This document shows, one piece after another, positions 29,864-39,644 of a DNA stretch of 64,000 bases (position 1 is its first letter; the number at the start of each line of letters is the position of its first letter). A model generated the notes under the pieces. The model was not told where the DNA came from. It saw only the letters and a list, made by a program, of their open reading frames with translations, and did no database searches. The position numbers were made by a program, and so were the translations under genes. Source of the stretch: an uncultured delta proteobacterium (GTDB lineage Bacteria > Myxococcota > Myxococcia > Myxococcales > Myxococcaceae); NCBI GenBank assembly GCA_963796055.1, contig CAWCKH010000003.1, positions 352,001-416,000 of the forward strand. The letters are read 5' to 3'.

Positions 29864-30310
29864 TCAGCTCTCCTTGCTCGCGCGCACCACCAGCGTGCGC
29901 CGGGCCTTGAAGACGAGGTTCCCCTCCTCGTCGCGCCCCTCGTCCTCGATGACCGCGACGTCCATCTTCCCCGCCGGGCCGGTGCGCTCGAGCACCTCCG
30001 CCACCCGGGTGGAGACGTAGATCCGGTCCCCGGCGAAGATGGGTCGGTCGTACTCGAACGCCTGCTCGGCGTGCAGCAAGCTCTTGATACCCACCCCGAG
30101 GAGCTCGCGCAGATCCGCCGCGGAGTGGAAGCTGGCCGGGAAGGTGGGTGGGGCGACGATGGTGGGGTACCCCGCGGCCCGGGCGTACTCCTCGTCGTAG
30201 TACATGGGGTTGAAGTCGCCGAGCGCCTCGGCGAAGCGGCGGATCGCCCCCTTCTCGACCTCGTTCAGGGTTGGCGGGGACGATCGGCCGATGGCGTTCC
30301 TGTCCAGCAT
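29864..30310 (-). CDS. MaoC-like dehydratase N-terminal-type (hotdog) subunit
   Basis: EVEKGAIRRFAEALGD, APPTF and LLHAEQAFEYDRP; paired with the MaoC gene (HadAB-like heterodimer by inference). Confidence 0.85.
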   Translation of the reverse strand: MLDRNAIGRSSPPTLNEVEKGAIRRFAEALGDFNPMYYDEEYARAAGYPTIVAPPTFPASFHSAADLRELLGVGIKSLLHAEQAFEYDRPIFAGDRIYVSTRVAEVLERTGPAGKMDVAVIEDEGRDEEGNLVFKARRTLVVRASKES

Positions 30311-30328
30311 GGTTGGTCCTTTGGCGGC

Positions 30329-31324
30329 TCAGCGTCCCGCCGGCAGATCGAGCACCGTGAGGAGCCCCGACTCCGCGGATGCGACGCGTGGGGCGGCGTG
30401 TACCACGAGCTGGGCGGTGGCGGAGTCCCCCGGGATGCCGCCGGCGATGTCGACGCTCAGCCGTGTGTCCGATTCAATGACGATCTGGTCCCCGGGGGGT
30501 TCCGCCCCCAGGGCGAGCATCAGCTCGAGCCGTACCCTCTCCTGCCCGTCCACCAGACCGACGACGGTCTGGTTCACACCCGCCACCCGGCCCCGGGGCA
30601 CGACGAAGGCGCCTCCCGGGATGTCCTCGTGGGCGATGACCGGAGCGACCTCCTCCTCGTACTCCTCCAGGTCGAGGCCGAGGCCCAGCGCACAGAGCGC
30701 CGCCGACTCGAGGAGGCCGACGTGGCCCACCGCCCCCTCGGCTGCGAGGGCGTCGAACTCGTCCTCGGTCAGGCCGGCGCCGATCTTTCGCTGCAACGCC
30801 TCGCGGCGCCCGCGGGCGTCCACCACCCGCCGGGCGAGGATGTGGCGCACCGGTCCGAGGGTCTGGCCGAGCGTGGCCGCGAGCCGGTCCAGAACGAAGC
30901 CCGGGTTGACCCCTGTGCCGAGCATCGAGACGCCCGCCCGCTGGGCTGCCCGCTCGAGCCGCTCGGCCAGCTCCGGATGCCGGACCCAGGGGAACGCCAG
31001 CTCCTCACAGGTGGAGACAACCGGGTGGCCGTCCCGCACCGCCGCCAGGAGCTGCTCGGCGACGGCGGGCAGCGACGAGCCGGTCGCATGGAGCACCACC
31101 GGGCGTGGCCCGCGCGCCGGCGCACGCCGGAGCTCCGGCTCGACCTTGATCGGGCTCGGCACCCCGAGCTCCTCCAGTCGCTTGCCCACGATGCTGGTAT
31201 GCGTGTCCACGGCGCCGACCAGCGTCACCTCCTCCGACTGGAGCGAGGCGCGTGCGATCTCCCGCCCGATGGCCCCGAGCCCCACCACCACCACGGGCAC
31301 CGGACCCGAGTTCGCCCTGGCCAT
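30329..31324 (-). CDS. NAD(P)-dependent amino-acid dehydrogenase, DapB-N / 2,4-diaminopentanoate dehydrogenase-like
   Basis: VVGLGAIG Rossmann motif, VVSTCEEL, GTGVNPGFVLD and GGIPGDSAT. Confidence 0.75.
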   Translation of the reverse strand: MARANSGPVPVVVVGLGAIGREIARASLQSEEVTLVGAVDTHTSIVGKRLEELGVPSPIKVEPELRRAPARGPRPVVLHATGSSLPAVAEQLLAAVRDGHPVVSTCEELAFPWVRHPELAERLERAAQRAGVSMLGTGVNPGFVLDRLAATLGQTLGPVRHILARRVVDARGRREALQRKIGAGLTEDEFDALAAEGAVGHVGLLESAALCALGLGLDLEEYEEEVAPVIAHEDIPGGAFVVPRGRVAGVNQTVVGLVDGQERVRLELMLALGAEPPGDQIVIESDTRLSVDIAGGIPGDSATAQLVVHAAPRVASAESGLLTVLDLPAGR

Positions 31325-31371
31325 GCCGACCGAATCTCCCGCCGTTTCGAGGGTTTGTGCTTTTACGCCGC

Positions 31372-33471
31372 TCAGCGGGTGAAGACAATCCAGTCCGCCA
31401 GGGGGTCACCCTCGACCATCCCATCCAGCGCTTCCATCCCCGAGGCCACAGTTCCAATGATGGTGTAACGGCCATCCAGGTGGGGCTGTGGAGAGAGCGC
31501 CACGAAGAACTGGCTTCCGCCGGTGTCCTTCCCCGCCAGGGCCATCCCAACGGTGCCGCGGAGGTAGCTGCGCGGGGAGACCTCGCAGGGCAGGGTGAAG
31601 CCCGGACCGCCCTCCCCGTCCCCGCGCGGGTCGCCGCCCTGGACGACGAAGTCCGGAACCACGCGGTGAAAGGTGAGCCCGCGGAAGAACCCTTCCCGGG
31701 CGAGTCGGGTGAGCTGGGCCACCGTGGCCGGGGCGGCGTCGATGTCCGGGGCGATGACCACCGGGCCGTGCGCGGTCTCGATCCGCCAGAGGGTGCCGGC
31801 CGGCACAGGAGTCGCCGGTGGCGCCTCGGCCCGGGCCGGCAGCGGCGGGGCCCGGACCGGCGTGCCCTCCAGCGCGGTGAGGGCCCGTGCCGCCTGCTGC
31901 CGGATGTGGGCGTGCGGGGACGCGAGCCACTGTCGGAGGACCGTCCTGCTGCCCTCGGGCTTCAGCTTGATCAGCGCGTCGGCGTACGTCGTCACCACGT
32001 CCACCGTCGCGGTGCGAGCGCCGGCGAGAATGGCCGGCGCCGAGGCCTGGTCGCCGAGGGTGGTCAACCCCTCCACTGCCGCGGCCCGGACGAGGGGATC
32101 CAAGTCCTGAAGAAGGGGCCGGAGCGCAACGGTGAGCTCGGGTGCCTTGGCCGCGGGCACGACCCCCGCGGCGGCGGCTCTGACTTGTGGGGAGGCATGG
32201 CGGAGCAACGGCGCCAGCGCCTTCTGCACCCGCGCCTCGGGGAGCCGGGGGCTGGTGGCGACCGCCTCCAGCCCGAGCCGCAGCCGCCGGGCCTCCGGCA
32301 CCCGGTCGTGGCCGCAGCGGAGCGTCTCGTCCAGCCAGCCCCGCTGCCGGTCCTCGGCCGCGGCCATCCGGCAGTCGAGCCAGGCCGCGGTCGAGGCCAC
32401 CCCCTCCACCAGCGCCGTCTCCGCCGCCGAGCTCAGGCTGGTGCGGAGCCGCACCAGCACCCGGCGTGCCGATTCAGGGACGGGCGCCTGGGCGAGCGCC
32501 AGGAGCGGGGGGACCGCCTGGGGAAGCGTCGTGCTCCCCAGCCCCGCTGCCAGTGGGTCCAGCTCCCCCAGCGCCTCCGCGGGGGTGCAAGGGCCGGGCT
32601 TGCACCGCTCGGCCAGGGTCACCAGACCGCGCACCGCCTCGGCCGCGACGCGGCCGTCGAGATCTCGCAGCAGCACCCTGAGCGCCGCCGTGTCCTCGGG
32701 CAGCGCCACGTCGGAGACGCCCTTGGCGGCGATGGCCCGGACCTCCGGGTCGTCGTCGCGCAGCGCTCCGAGCAGCACCGCCCGGCTCGCAGGGGATTTC
32801 AGCTGGGCAAGCGCGTACACCCCGGCCCAGCGGTAGGCCGGCAGCAGCGCCCGGCCAAGGCGCTCGAGACCAGGGCGCGCCGCATCGGGCACCGGAGCCT
32901 TGGCACGGGCGGCGACGCCCAGGGCGATGGCGGCGCGGACCGGCACCTCGGTGCGGGCGTCGTTCTCGTCCACCCGCTGGCCGGTGGGCACGGCGAGCAG
33001 CAGCGCCAGCCGCTCGAGCGCGGCCGGGGTCCGTACCCGGCCCAGCGCGTCGACCTCGAGAAGCCGGGCCGCGGCGTCCGTCTCCTTCGCCTCGGCATCG
33101 AGGAGCGCCCGGGCGAGCAGCGCGCGCGTCTCGTCGGGCACCGGCTCCCAGGCCAGGGCGAGCTCGCCGGCGGCGAAGGCCGCGGCGCCGCGCACCGACG
33201 GCACCGGGTCGGCCAGGGCCTCGGCGACCTTGGGCGCGGTGGCGAGGTCCTGCACCCGCGCCAGCGCCAGCAGCGCCCGCGCGCGCACCGTGGGGTCGGC
33301 GTGGAGGCGCGCCCGCGAGGTGAGCACCTCGCCCCGCGTGTCCCGGGCGAGCTCGAGCTCGGCGATGCGGGCCCGCTCCACCGCCGCGAAGTCGGTGGAC
33401 GGCTGCTTCGGGGGTGCGGTGGCGCAGCCGACCAGCAATGAGACGAGCACCCCCGAGCGACGGACTCCCAT
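31372..33471 (-). CDS. Lipoprotein with HEAT repeats and a C-terminal cyclophilin-type PPIase
   Basis: Lipobox LVGC; LxDxxPxVRxxAA repeats; FHRVVPDFVVQGGDP, GGSQFF and HLDGRYT. Confidence 0.88.
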   Translation of the reverse strand: MGVRRSGVLVSLLVGCATAPPKQPSTDFAAVERARIAELELARDTRGEVLTSRARLHADPTVRARALLALARVQDLATAPKVAEALADPVPSVRGAAAFAAGELALAWEPVPDETRALLARALLDAEAKETDAAARLLEVDALGRVRTPAALERLALLLAVPTGQRVDENDARTEVPVRAAIALGVAARAKAPVPDAARPGLERLGRALLPAYRWAGVYALAQLKSPASRAVLLGALRDDDPEVRAIAAKGVSDVALPEDTAALRVLLRDLDGRVAAEAVRGLVTLAERCKPGPCTPAEALGELDPLAAGLGSTTLPQAVPPLLALAQAPVPESARRVLVRLRTSLSSAAETALVEGVASTAAWLDCRMAAAEDRQRGWLDETLRCGHDRVPEARRLRLGLEAVATSPRLPEARVQKALAPLLRHASPQVRAAAAGVVPAAKAPELTVALRPLLQDLDPLVRAAAVEGLTTLGDQASAPAILAGARTATVDVVTTYADALIKLKPEGSRTVLRQWLASPHAHIRQQAARALTALEGTPVRAPPLPARAEAPPATPVPAGTLWRIETAHGPVVIAPDIDAAPATVAQLTRLAREGFFRGLTFHRVVPDFVVQGGDPRGDGEGGPGFTLPCEVSPRSYLRGTVGMALAGKDTGGSQFFVALSPQPHLDGRYTIIGTVASGMEALDGMVEGDPLADWIVFTR

Positions 33472-33533
33472 GGGACAGACGTTTGCACGCGGCACGGCCC
33501 GACGTCAGCTTCCTTCGAGGTAGACTCCGTGGA

Positions 33534-36231
33534 GTGGCGGAGCCGGTCCGGGAGAAGGTCGCGGGGGAAACCCCGCTCACGCGGTTTCATCAGCGGTTGC
33601 TGGCAGAGGAGCTGGCGCTCCGGGGAGGACGGGCCACCGACCGGCTCGCCTCCGCGCTGTCCGAGGCGCGGGTCGACCTCAATCCCCACCAGGTGGAGGC
33701 GGCCGCGTTCGCGCTGGAGTCGCTTCCCCGCGGCGGATCCATGCTCGCCGACGAGGTGGGGCTGGGAAAGACCATCGAGGCCGGCATCGTGCTCGCCCAG
33801 CTCGTGGCCGAGGGAAAGGGACGGGTCCTCGTCCTCACCCCCGCGACCTTGCGTGCCCAGTGGCAGGCGGAGCTCCAGGGGAAGTTCGACCTCGATGCGG
33901 TGGTGGTGGACGGCCGCAGCGTCCGGGCGGGGCACAACCCGTTCGACCAGCCGGTCCCGGTCATCTCCAGCCACCCCTTCGCCGCCGGCCGCGCCGAGCT
34001 GGTGCGGCAGCTCCCGTGGGACCTGGTGGTCATCGACGAGGCCCACCGCCTGCGGAACGCCCACCGGGCGGGAAACAAGATCGCCCGGGCGCTCCGGGAT
34101 GCACTGCGGGACCGGCCGAAGCTCCTCCTCACCGCCACCCCGCTGCAGAACGAGCTGATGGAGCTGTTCGGGCTGCTCTCCTTCCTCGACGAGCAGATCC
34201 TCGGCCCCGAGCACGCCTTCAAGAGCCGCTACCCGGTGGACCCCGAGGCGGGCGGCATCCCCGACGGGCCCGCCCAGGAGCTGCGCCAGCGCCTCTCCCC
34301 GGTGGTGCACCGGACCTTGCGCCGTCAGGTCCGCGAGTACGTTCGCTTCACCAACCGCCGGAGCATGGTGGAGGACTTCGCCCCTTCCGAGGAGGAGCAG
34401 TCGCTCTACGACGAGGTGTCGGAGTACCTCCGCCGCGGCGAGGCGGCGGCCATCGCGCCGGGGAAGAAGACCCTTCTCACCCTGGTCTACCGGAAGCTCC
34501 TCGCCTCCTCGAGCTACGCCATCGCTCCCACGCTGCGCCGGCTGGCGGAGAGCCTGCGCCAGCGCATCGAGGCGGCGAGGCGGGGGGCGGAGGAGCTGGG
34601 TCTCTTCGAGCCGGAGGAGGTCAGCGGCTACGCCGAGGAATCCGAGGCCTGGTCCGACGAGCCGGGGCGCCCCATCCTCCCCTCGCTCGCCGCCCTCGAG
34701 GCCGAGGCCTTCGAGCTCGAGCGCTACGCGGCACGTGCCGAGTCCATCCGGGTCAACGCCAAGGGCGAGGCGCTGAAGCGCGCGCTGGATCGGCTCTTCA
34801 CCGTCGCCCGGGCGCACCAGTGGCCAGAGAAGGCGGTGGTCTTCACCGAGTCGCGGCGGACGCAGTGCTATCTCGCAGAGCTGCTCTCCGCGCACGGCTG
34901 GGCGGGGCGCATCTCGCTGCTCTCGGGTGACGCCGGCACGCCCGAGGAGCGGCAGGCGCTGGTGGACGAGTTCCAGGGGCGCACGCAGATCCTCCTCTCC
35001 ACCGAGGCAGGGGCCGAGGGGCTCAACCTCCAGTTCTGCAACCTGGTCGTCAACTACGACCTCCCCTGGAACCCCCAGCGCATCGAGCAGCGCATCGGCC
35101 GCTGCCACCGCTATGGCCAGCAGCGCGACGTGCTGGTCCTCAACTTCCTCAACCGCCGGAACGCCGCCGACGCCCGGCTCTATGAGCTGCTGGAGCGGAA
35201 GCTCCACCTCTTCGACGGCGTGTTCGGCGCCTCGGACGAGATCCTCGGCGCGCTGGAGACCGGGATCGACTTCGAGAAGCGGGTCCTGGACATCTACCAG
35301 TCCTGCCGCTCGACCGAGGAGATCGCCCGCGCCTTCGACGCGCTCCGCGAAGATCTCGGAATCGCGGATCGACGCCCGCATGACGCAGGCCCGCTCGCTG
35401 CTGCTCGAGCGGTTCGACGGGGATGTGCGCCGGCGGTTGCGGATGGCCGGCGAGGAGGCCGAGGCCGCCGTGGACCGGCATCGCCGGAACGCGCGCACCT
35501 TCGCCCGGCAGGTCCTGGGAAAGGACGCCCGCGGGCGGCGGGTGAGCGAGGCCGCCGGCGCGGTGCGCTCCAGCCCCGCCGACGGGGTACACTGGCTGCA
35601 GCTGGACGCCGCCGCGCTGCCGTCCCGGCTGGCCCGCCTCGCCGGTGGTGAGGGCTGGTGGTTCGTCTACCGCTTCGAGGCCACCGGCCTGCTCCCCGAG
35701 GAACGGCTGCTCCACCTGGTCCTGCTCCGCGATCGCGACGGCTTCCGCGCACTGCCGCCCGACGACGCTGCGCTGCTGGCACGGGTGCCGGCGCGCGAGG
35801 GGCAGCTCCGCCCGCCGCCGCCCATCTCGGTCGCCCAGGCCCAGGAGCAGGCGCTGGCCGCCGCGCGGGAGGCGCTCCGCCGCGACGCCGAGCGACGAAA
35901 CCAGCTGGAGCTGGACCGACTCCGCGAGCAGGCCGACCGCTACGCCGAGGACTGTCTGCTGGAGGTCCGCGAGGCGCTGGGGCGGGCACGGACGGGCTGG
36001 GAGGAGGCGCGCGCACGGCTGGCCGGCCTCGAGGACGCGACCGAGCGCGCCCGGGCGCGGGCTGCCATCGAGCGGGCCGAGCGCGACCACCGCCGCCGAC
36101 TCGCAGCGTTGCGGAGCGAGGAGGAGACCCGCTACGGGGTCAAGGACCGCACCCTGGCCGAGCTGGCCACGCGGGCGAAGGTGGTGGACCGCCGCGCACT
36201 GGTCGGCACCGCCTACTTCTGGTTGAGCTGA
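33534..36231 (+). CDS. SNF2/RapA-like SF2 helicase, interrupted by a +1 frameshift at about 35358
   Basis: LADEVGLGKT, DEAH, LTATPLQN, STEAGAEGLNLQ and EQRIGRCHR. Removing one G at 35358-35359 restores ...REDLESRIDARM... and a 899-codon frame. Confidence 0.85.
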
Positions 36232-36239
36232 GGCCCGGT

Positions 36240-37157
36240 CTACACCTGGATCCGGAGCGCGCCGGGGAGGACCTCGAAGGTCGCCGGCAGCCGGCCGGGC
36301 TGCTCGCCGTCCACGTCGAGCAGGACCTCCTCGTCGCTGGCTGCCTCGAGCCTCCGGCAGCGGAAGGTCCGGGTGCCGGCCCAGCGCACGTGGCTCCCGT
36401 CGTAGACCGAGGCCGATTTCAGGGCGAAGTCCTTCAGGTGGTAGCCGCTCCAGACGGTCACGTCGAGCAGTCCGTCGGAGGGGTCGGCCTCCGGCGCCAC
36501 CCGCATCCCGCCGCCGAAGAACTGGCCGTTGGCGACGGCCAGGGTGGTGATGGCCAGGGACTCCTCGGACCCGCCGTCCACACGGATGCGGACCGCCTGG
36601 TCTCGCCAGCCGAGCAAGATACGCACGCTGGCGACGAAGAAGCTGACCTTCCCCCCGAGGAGCTTCCGGCTCGTGTTGACCGCGCGGTCCACCTGACCGC
36701 TGACTCCGAAGCTGGCGACGTTGACGAAGTAGCGCTCGCCCGGGCTTCCGTCCGGCCGGGTGAAGCGGACCTTGCCCACGTCCAGCGGCCTGACCTCGCC
36801 CTGGAGCCGCGCACAGTGCTCGCGCAACGAGCCGTTCAGGCCGAACGTCCTCCGGAAGTCGCCGCCCGTCCCCCGGGGGACGAGCGCCAGGGAGGCATCG
36901 GGCGGCACGCCGCCTGCGGTCTGGAAGAAGCCGTTCACCACCTCGTTGAGCGTCCCGTCGCCCCCCACCGCGACGATGCGGCGGAAGCCCCGCTCCAGCG
37001 CCTGGGCGGTGAGCGCGGCGGCATGCATCGGGCGCTCGGTGAAGGCGTGCTCGGCGCCGTCTCCGAGCGCCCGCAGCACCTCGGCGCGGATCTCCGGCCA
37101 GCGGCGACCGGTCGCTCCGCCCGCGCTCTCGGGATTCACCACCAGAAAGGTGCGCAT
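36240..37157 (-). CDS. YegS/DAGK-family lipid kinase
   Basis: VVNPESAGG, GGDGTLNEVVNG, PRGTGGDF and DVDGE. Confidence 0.9.
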   Translation of the reverse strand: MRTFLVVNPESAGGATGRRWPEIRAEVLRALGDGAEHAFTERPMHAAALTAQALERGFRRIVAVGGDGTLNEVVNGFFQTAGGVPPDASLALVPRGTGGDFRRTFGLNGSLREHCARLQGEVRPLDVGKVRFTRPDGSPGERYFVNVASFGVSGQVDRAVNTSRKLLGGKVSFFVASVRILLGWRDQAVRIRVDGGSEESLAITTLAVANGQFFGGGMRVAPEADPSDGLLDVTVWSGYHLKDFALKSASVYDGSHVRWAGTRTFRCRRLEAASDEEVLLDVDGEQPGRLPATFEVLPGALRIQV

Positions 37158-37286
37158 CGCTGTCTGTGGGCCACTGTGGCACGCCGCCGGACAGGCGCTC
37201 GCAGAAAGTGTGGTTGACGCTGCGCGCCAGCTCCGGCCCCGGGTTTCTTCGGGTCTCGGCTCTCCGCGTTAGCATGCGACTCCAGC

Positions 37287-37721
37287 GTGGAAGCCGGGAA
37301 CGACGAGCGCTGGGTGCTTCTGGCCGAGGACGACGGCGCGCTGCGCTTTCTCCTCGCCTCGGTGCTCCGCAAGGACGGGCACCGGGTGCTGGAGGTTCCG
37401 GACGGCGAGCAGCTGGTCGTGGCCCACGCGGCGCTCCCGCCCGGTCGGAGCGGGCGTACGGTGGTGTTGAGCGATCTGTCGATGCCGGTCCGCAGCGGGC
37501 TCGAGGCGGTGGAGGAAATCCAGCGGCGCGAGCCCGGGCTGGGGGTCATCCTGATGGGCGCCTTCCTCGAGCCGGCGGACGTGCCACGCGCGGCGGCCCT
37601 CGGTGCGGCGTTCCTCACCAAGCCCTTCGAGCTGGCCCGGATGCGGGCGCTGGTCCGGGCCCTGGTGGACGCGCCCGATGCTCGCGCAGCCGATCTGGTC
37701 GACGCGGCGGCGGGTGGGTAG
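37287..37721 (+). CDS. Single-domain response regulator
   Basis: LLAEDD, VVLSDLSMP and FLTKPF. Confidence 0.82.
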   Translation: MEAGNDERWVLLAEDDGALRFLLASVLRKDGHRVLEVPDGEQLVVAHAALPPGRSGRTVVLSDLSMPVRSGLEAVEEIQRREPGLGVILMGAFLEPADVPRAAALGAAFLTKPFELARMRALVRALVDAPDARAADLVDAAAGG

Positions 37722-37729
37722 CGCGGATT

Positions 37730-39550
37730 TCAGGACTTCGGGGGCGGCACGACGCGGACGTGCACCTCGCGCAGCTGCTGCTCGTCCACCTCGCCCGGGG
37801 CACCGGTCATGCTGTCGGTGCCGGTCTTGGTCTTCGGGAAGGGGATGACTTCGCGGAGTGACTCGGCGCCGGTGAGGAGCATGGCCAGCCGGTCCATGCC
37901 CAGGGCGATGCCCCCGTGTGGCGGGGCCCCGTAGCGGAGCGCGTCGAGGAGGAAGCCGAACTTGTTCCGGGCCTCCTCCTCGCCGATGCCCATCGCCGCG
38001 AACACCTCGGCCTGCACCCGCGGGTCGTGCAGCCGGATGCTACCGCCGCCGATCTCGAAGCCGTTGAGCACCACGTCGTACCGCCAGCACTTCACCCGGC
38101 CCGGGTCGGTGCGGAGGTACTGCACGTCGGCGTCATGCGGCCGGGTGAAGGCGTGGTGGGCGGCCACCCAGGACCGGCGCTCCTCGTCGTACTCGAAGAG
38201 CGGCGGGTCCACGACCCAGAGGAACTCCCAGCGGCCGCCGGAGCCCACCTCGGGGATGAGGCCGAGCTTCTTGGCGACGTGGACCCGGAGGTTGGCCATC
38301 ACCGTGTGGACCAGCGAGGGCCGCCCGAACTGGAAGACGATGAGGTCGCCCGGCCTCGCCCCGCAGGCCTCGTTGATCGCCGCCCGGAGCGCGGGGGAGA
38401 TGGTCTTGGCCAGGGGTGACTGGGTCCACTCGCCGCCCTCCCCCACCTTGGCCCGGGCCAGGCCGCGGGCGCCGGCGCCCTTGGCGAACTCCTCCAGCTT
38501 GTCGGCCTCGGCGCGCGAGAGCGGGTGCGCGGCCGGGATGACCATCGCCTTGACGATGCCTCCCTGCTGCACGGCCTCGAGAAGCATCGGGACGCCGCCC
38601 TCGCCGCCGTGGGCGGTGATGACGTCGGTGAGCACCGCGTGCTCCAGGCCGAAGCGGAGGTCCGGCTTGTCGTTGCCGTACTTCGCCATCGACTCGTCGA
38701 AGGGCATCCGCCGGAACGGGGTGGGGACCTCGACCTCGAGGATCTCCTTCCACAGCCGGGAGATGAGCCGCTCGACGACGGCGAACACGTCGTCCTGGCT
38801 GACGAAGCTCATCTCCAGATCGATCTGGGTGAACTCGGGCTGCCGGTCGAGCCGGAGGTCCTCGTCGCGGAAGCACTTCACGATCTGGAAGTAGCGGTCG
38901 AACCCCGCGACCATGAACAGCTGCTTGTAGAGCTGGGGGCTCTCGGCGAGCGCGTAGAACTTCCCCGGGTTGAGCCGGCTGGGGACGAGGAAGTTCCGGG
39001 CGCCGCCGGGCGTGTACTTCCCCATGTAGGGCGTCTCCAGCTCGAGGAAGCCCTGCTCCACCAGGGTGCTGCGGGTGATGGCGTTCATCCGCGAGCGGGT
39101 GATGAGCGACTGCTGGAGCGGCCGGCGGCGGAGGTCGAGGTAGCGGTGGGTGAGCCGCTTGTCCTCGGCGGTGTCGACCTTGTCCTCGATGGGGAACGGC
39201 GTCGGCTCGCTCCGGTTGAACACGCCGAGGGCGGTGGCCTTCACCTCGATCTCCCCGGTCTTCATCTTGGGGTTCACGTTGGCGCCGCGGCTGGCGACGG
39301 TCCCCTGGACCCCGATGCACCACTCGAGGCGCAAGCTGCCGGCGAGGGCGTGGGCCTCGGGGTCGATGTCCGGCTCGAAGACCACCTGGGTGAGCCCGTG
39401 CCGGTCCCGGAGGTCGATGAACACCGCGCCGCCGTGGTCGCGGCGGTTCTGGACCCAGCCGAAGAGGACCACGTTCTTGCCGACGTCCTCGCCGGTGAGC
39501 TCGCCGCAGGAGTGGGTGCGCTTGACCTGGGTGATGAAGGGAACGGACAT
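37730..39550 (-). CDS. aspS: Aspartate--tRNA ligase (possibly non-discriminating: RDHGG)
   Basis: RTHSCGEL, FIDLRD, CFRDEDLRLDRQPEFTQIDLEMSF and GAPPHGGIALGMDR. Confidence 0.96.
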   Translation of the reverse strand: MSVPFITQVKRTHSCGELTGEDVGKNVVLFGWVQNRRDHGGAVFIDLRDRHGLTQVVFEPDIDPEAHALAGSLRLEWCIGVQGTVASRGANVNPKMKTGEIEVKATALGVFNRSEPTPFPIEDKVDTAEDKRLTHRYLDLRRRPLQQSLITRSRMNAITRSTLVEQGFLELETPYMGKYTPGGARNFLVPSRLNPGKFYALAESPQLYKQLFMVAGFDRYFQIVKCFRDEDLRLDRQPEFTQIDLEMSFVSQDDVFAVVERLISRLWKEILEVEVPTPFRRMPFDESMAKYGNDKPDLRFGLEHAVLTDVITAHGGEGGVPMLLEAVQQGGIVKAMVIPAAHPLSRAEADKLEEFAKGAGARGLARAKVGEGGEWTQSPLAKTISPALRAAINEACGARPGDLIVFQFGRPSLVHTVMANLRVHVAKKLGLIPEVGSGGRWEFLWVVDPPLFEYDEERRSWVAAHHAFTRPHDADVQYLRTDPGRVKCWRYDVVLNGFEIGGGSIRLHDPRVQAEVFAAMGIGEEEARNKFGFLLDALRYGAPPHGGIALGMDRLAMLLTGAESLREVIPFPKTKTGTDSMTGAPGEVDEQQLREVHVRVVPPPKS

Positions 39551-39644
39551 GGAGGGGGCGGAACCTAGCGCGCCGCGTGTGTCGCCGCTACGCGTCATGG
39601 AGCCCGGTGAGCTCGAGGGAACGCCCGTCGCTGCGGGCCTCGTC

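Noticed and set aside
33534..36231. SNF2 helicase as part of a DISARM/BREX-type defence system
   Set aside because: There is no adjacent methyltransferase, nuclease or other defence gene; the neighbours are housekeeping-type.
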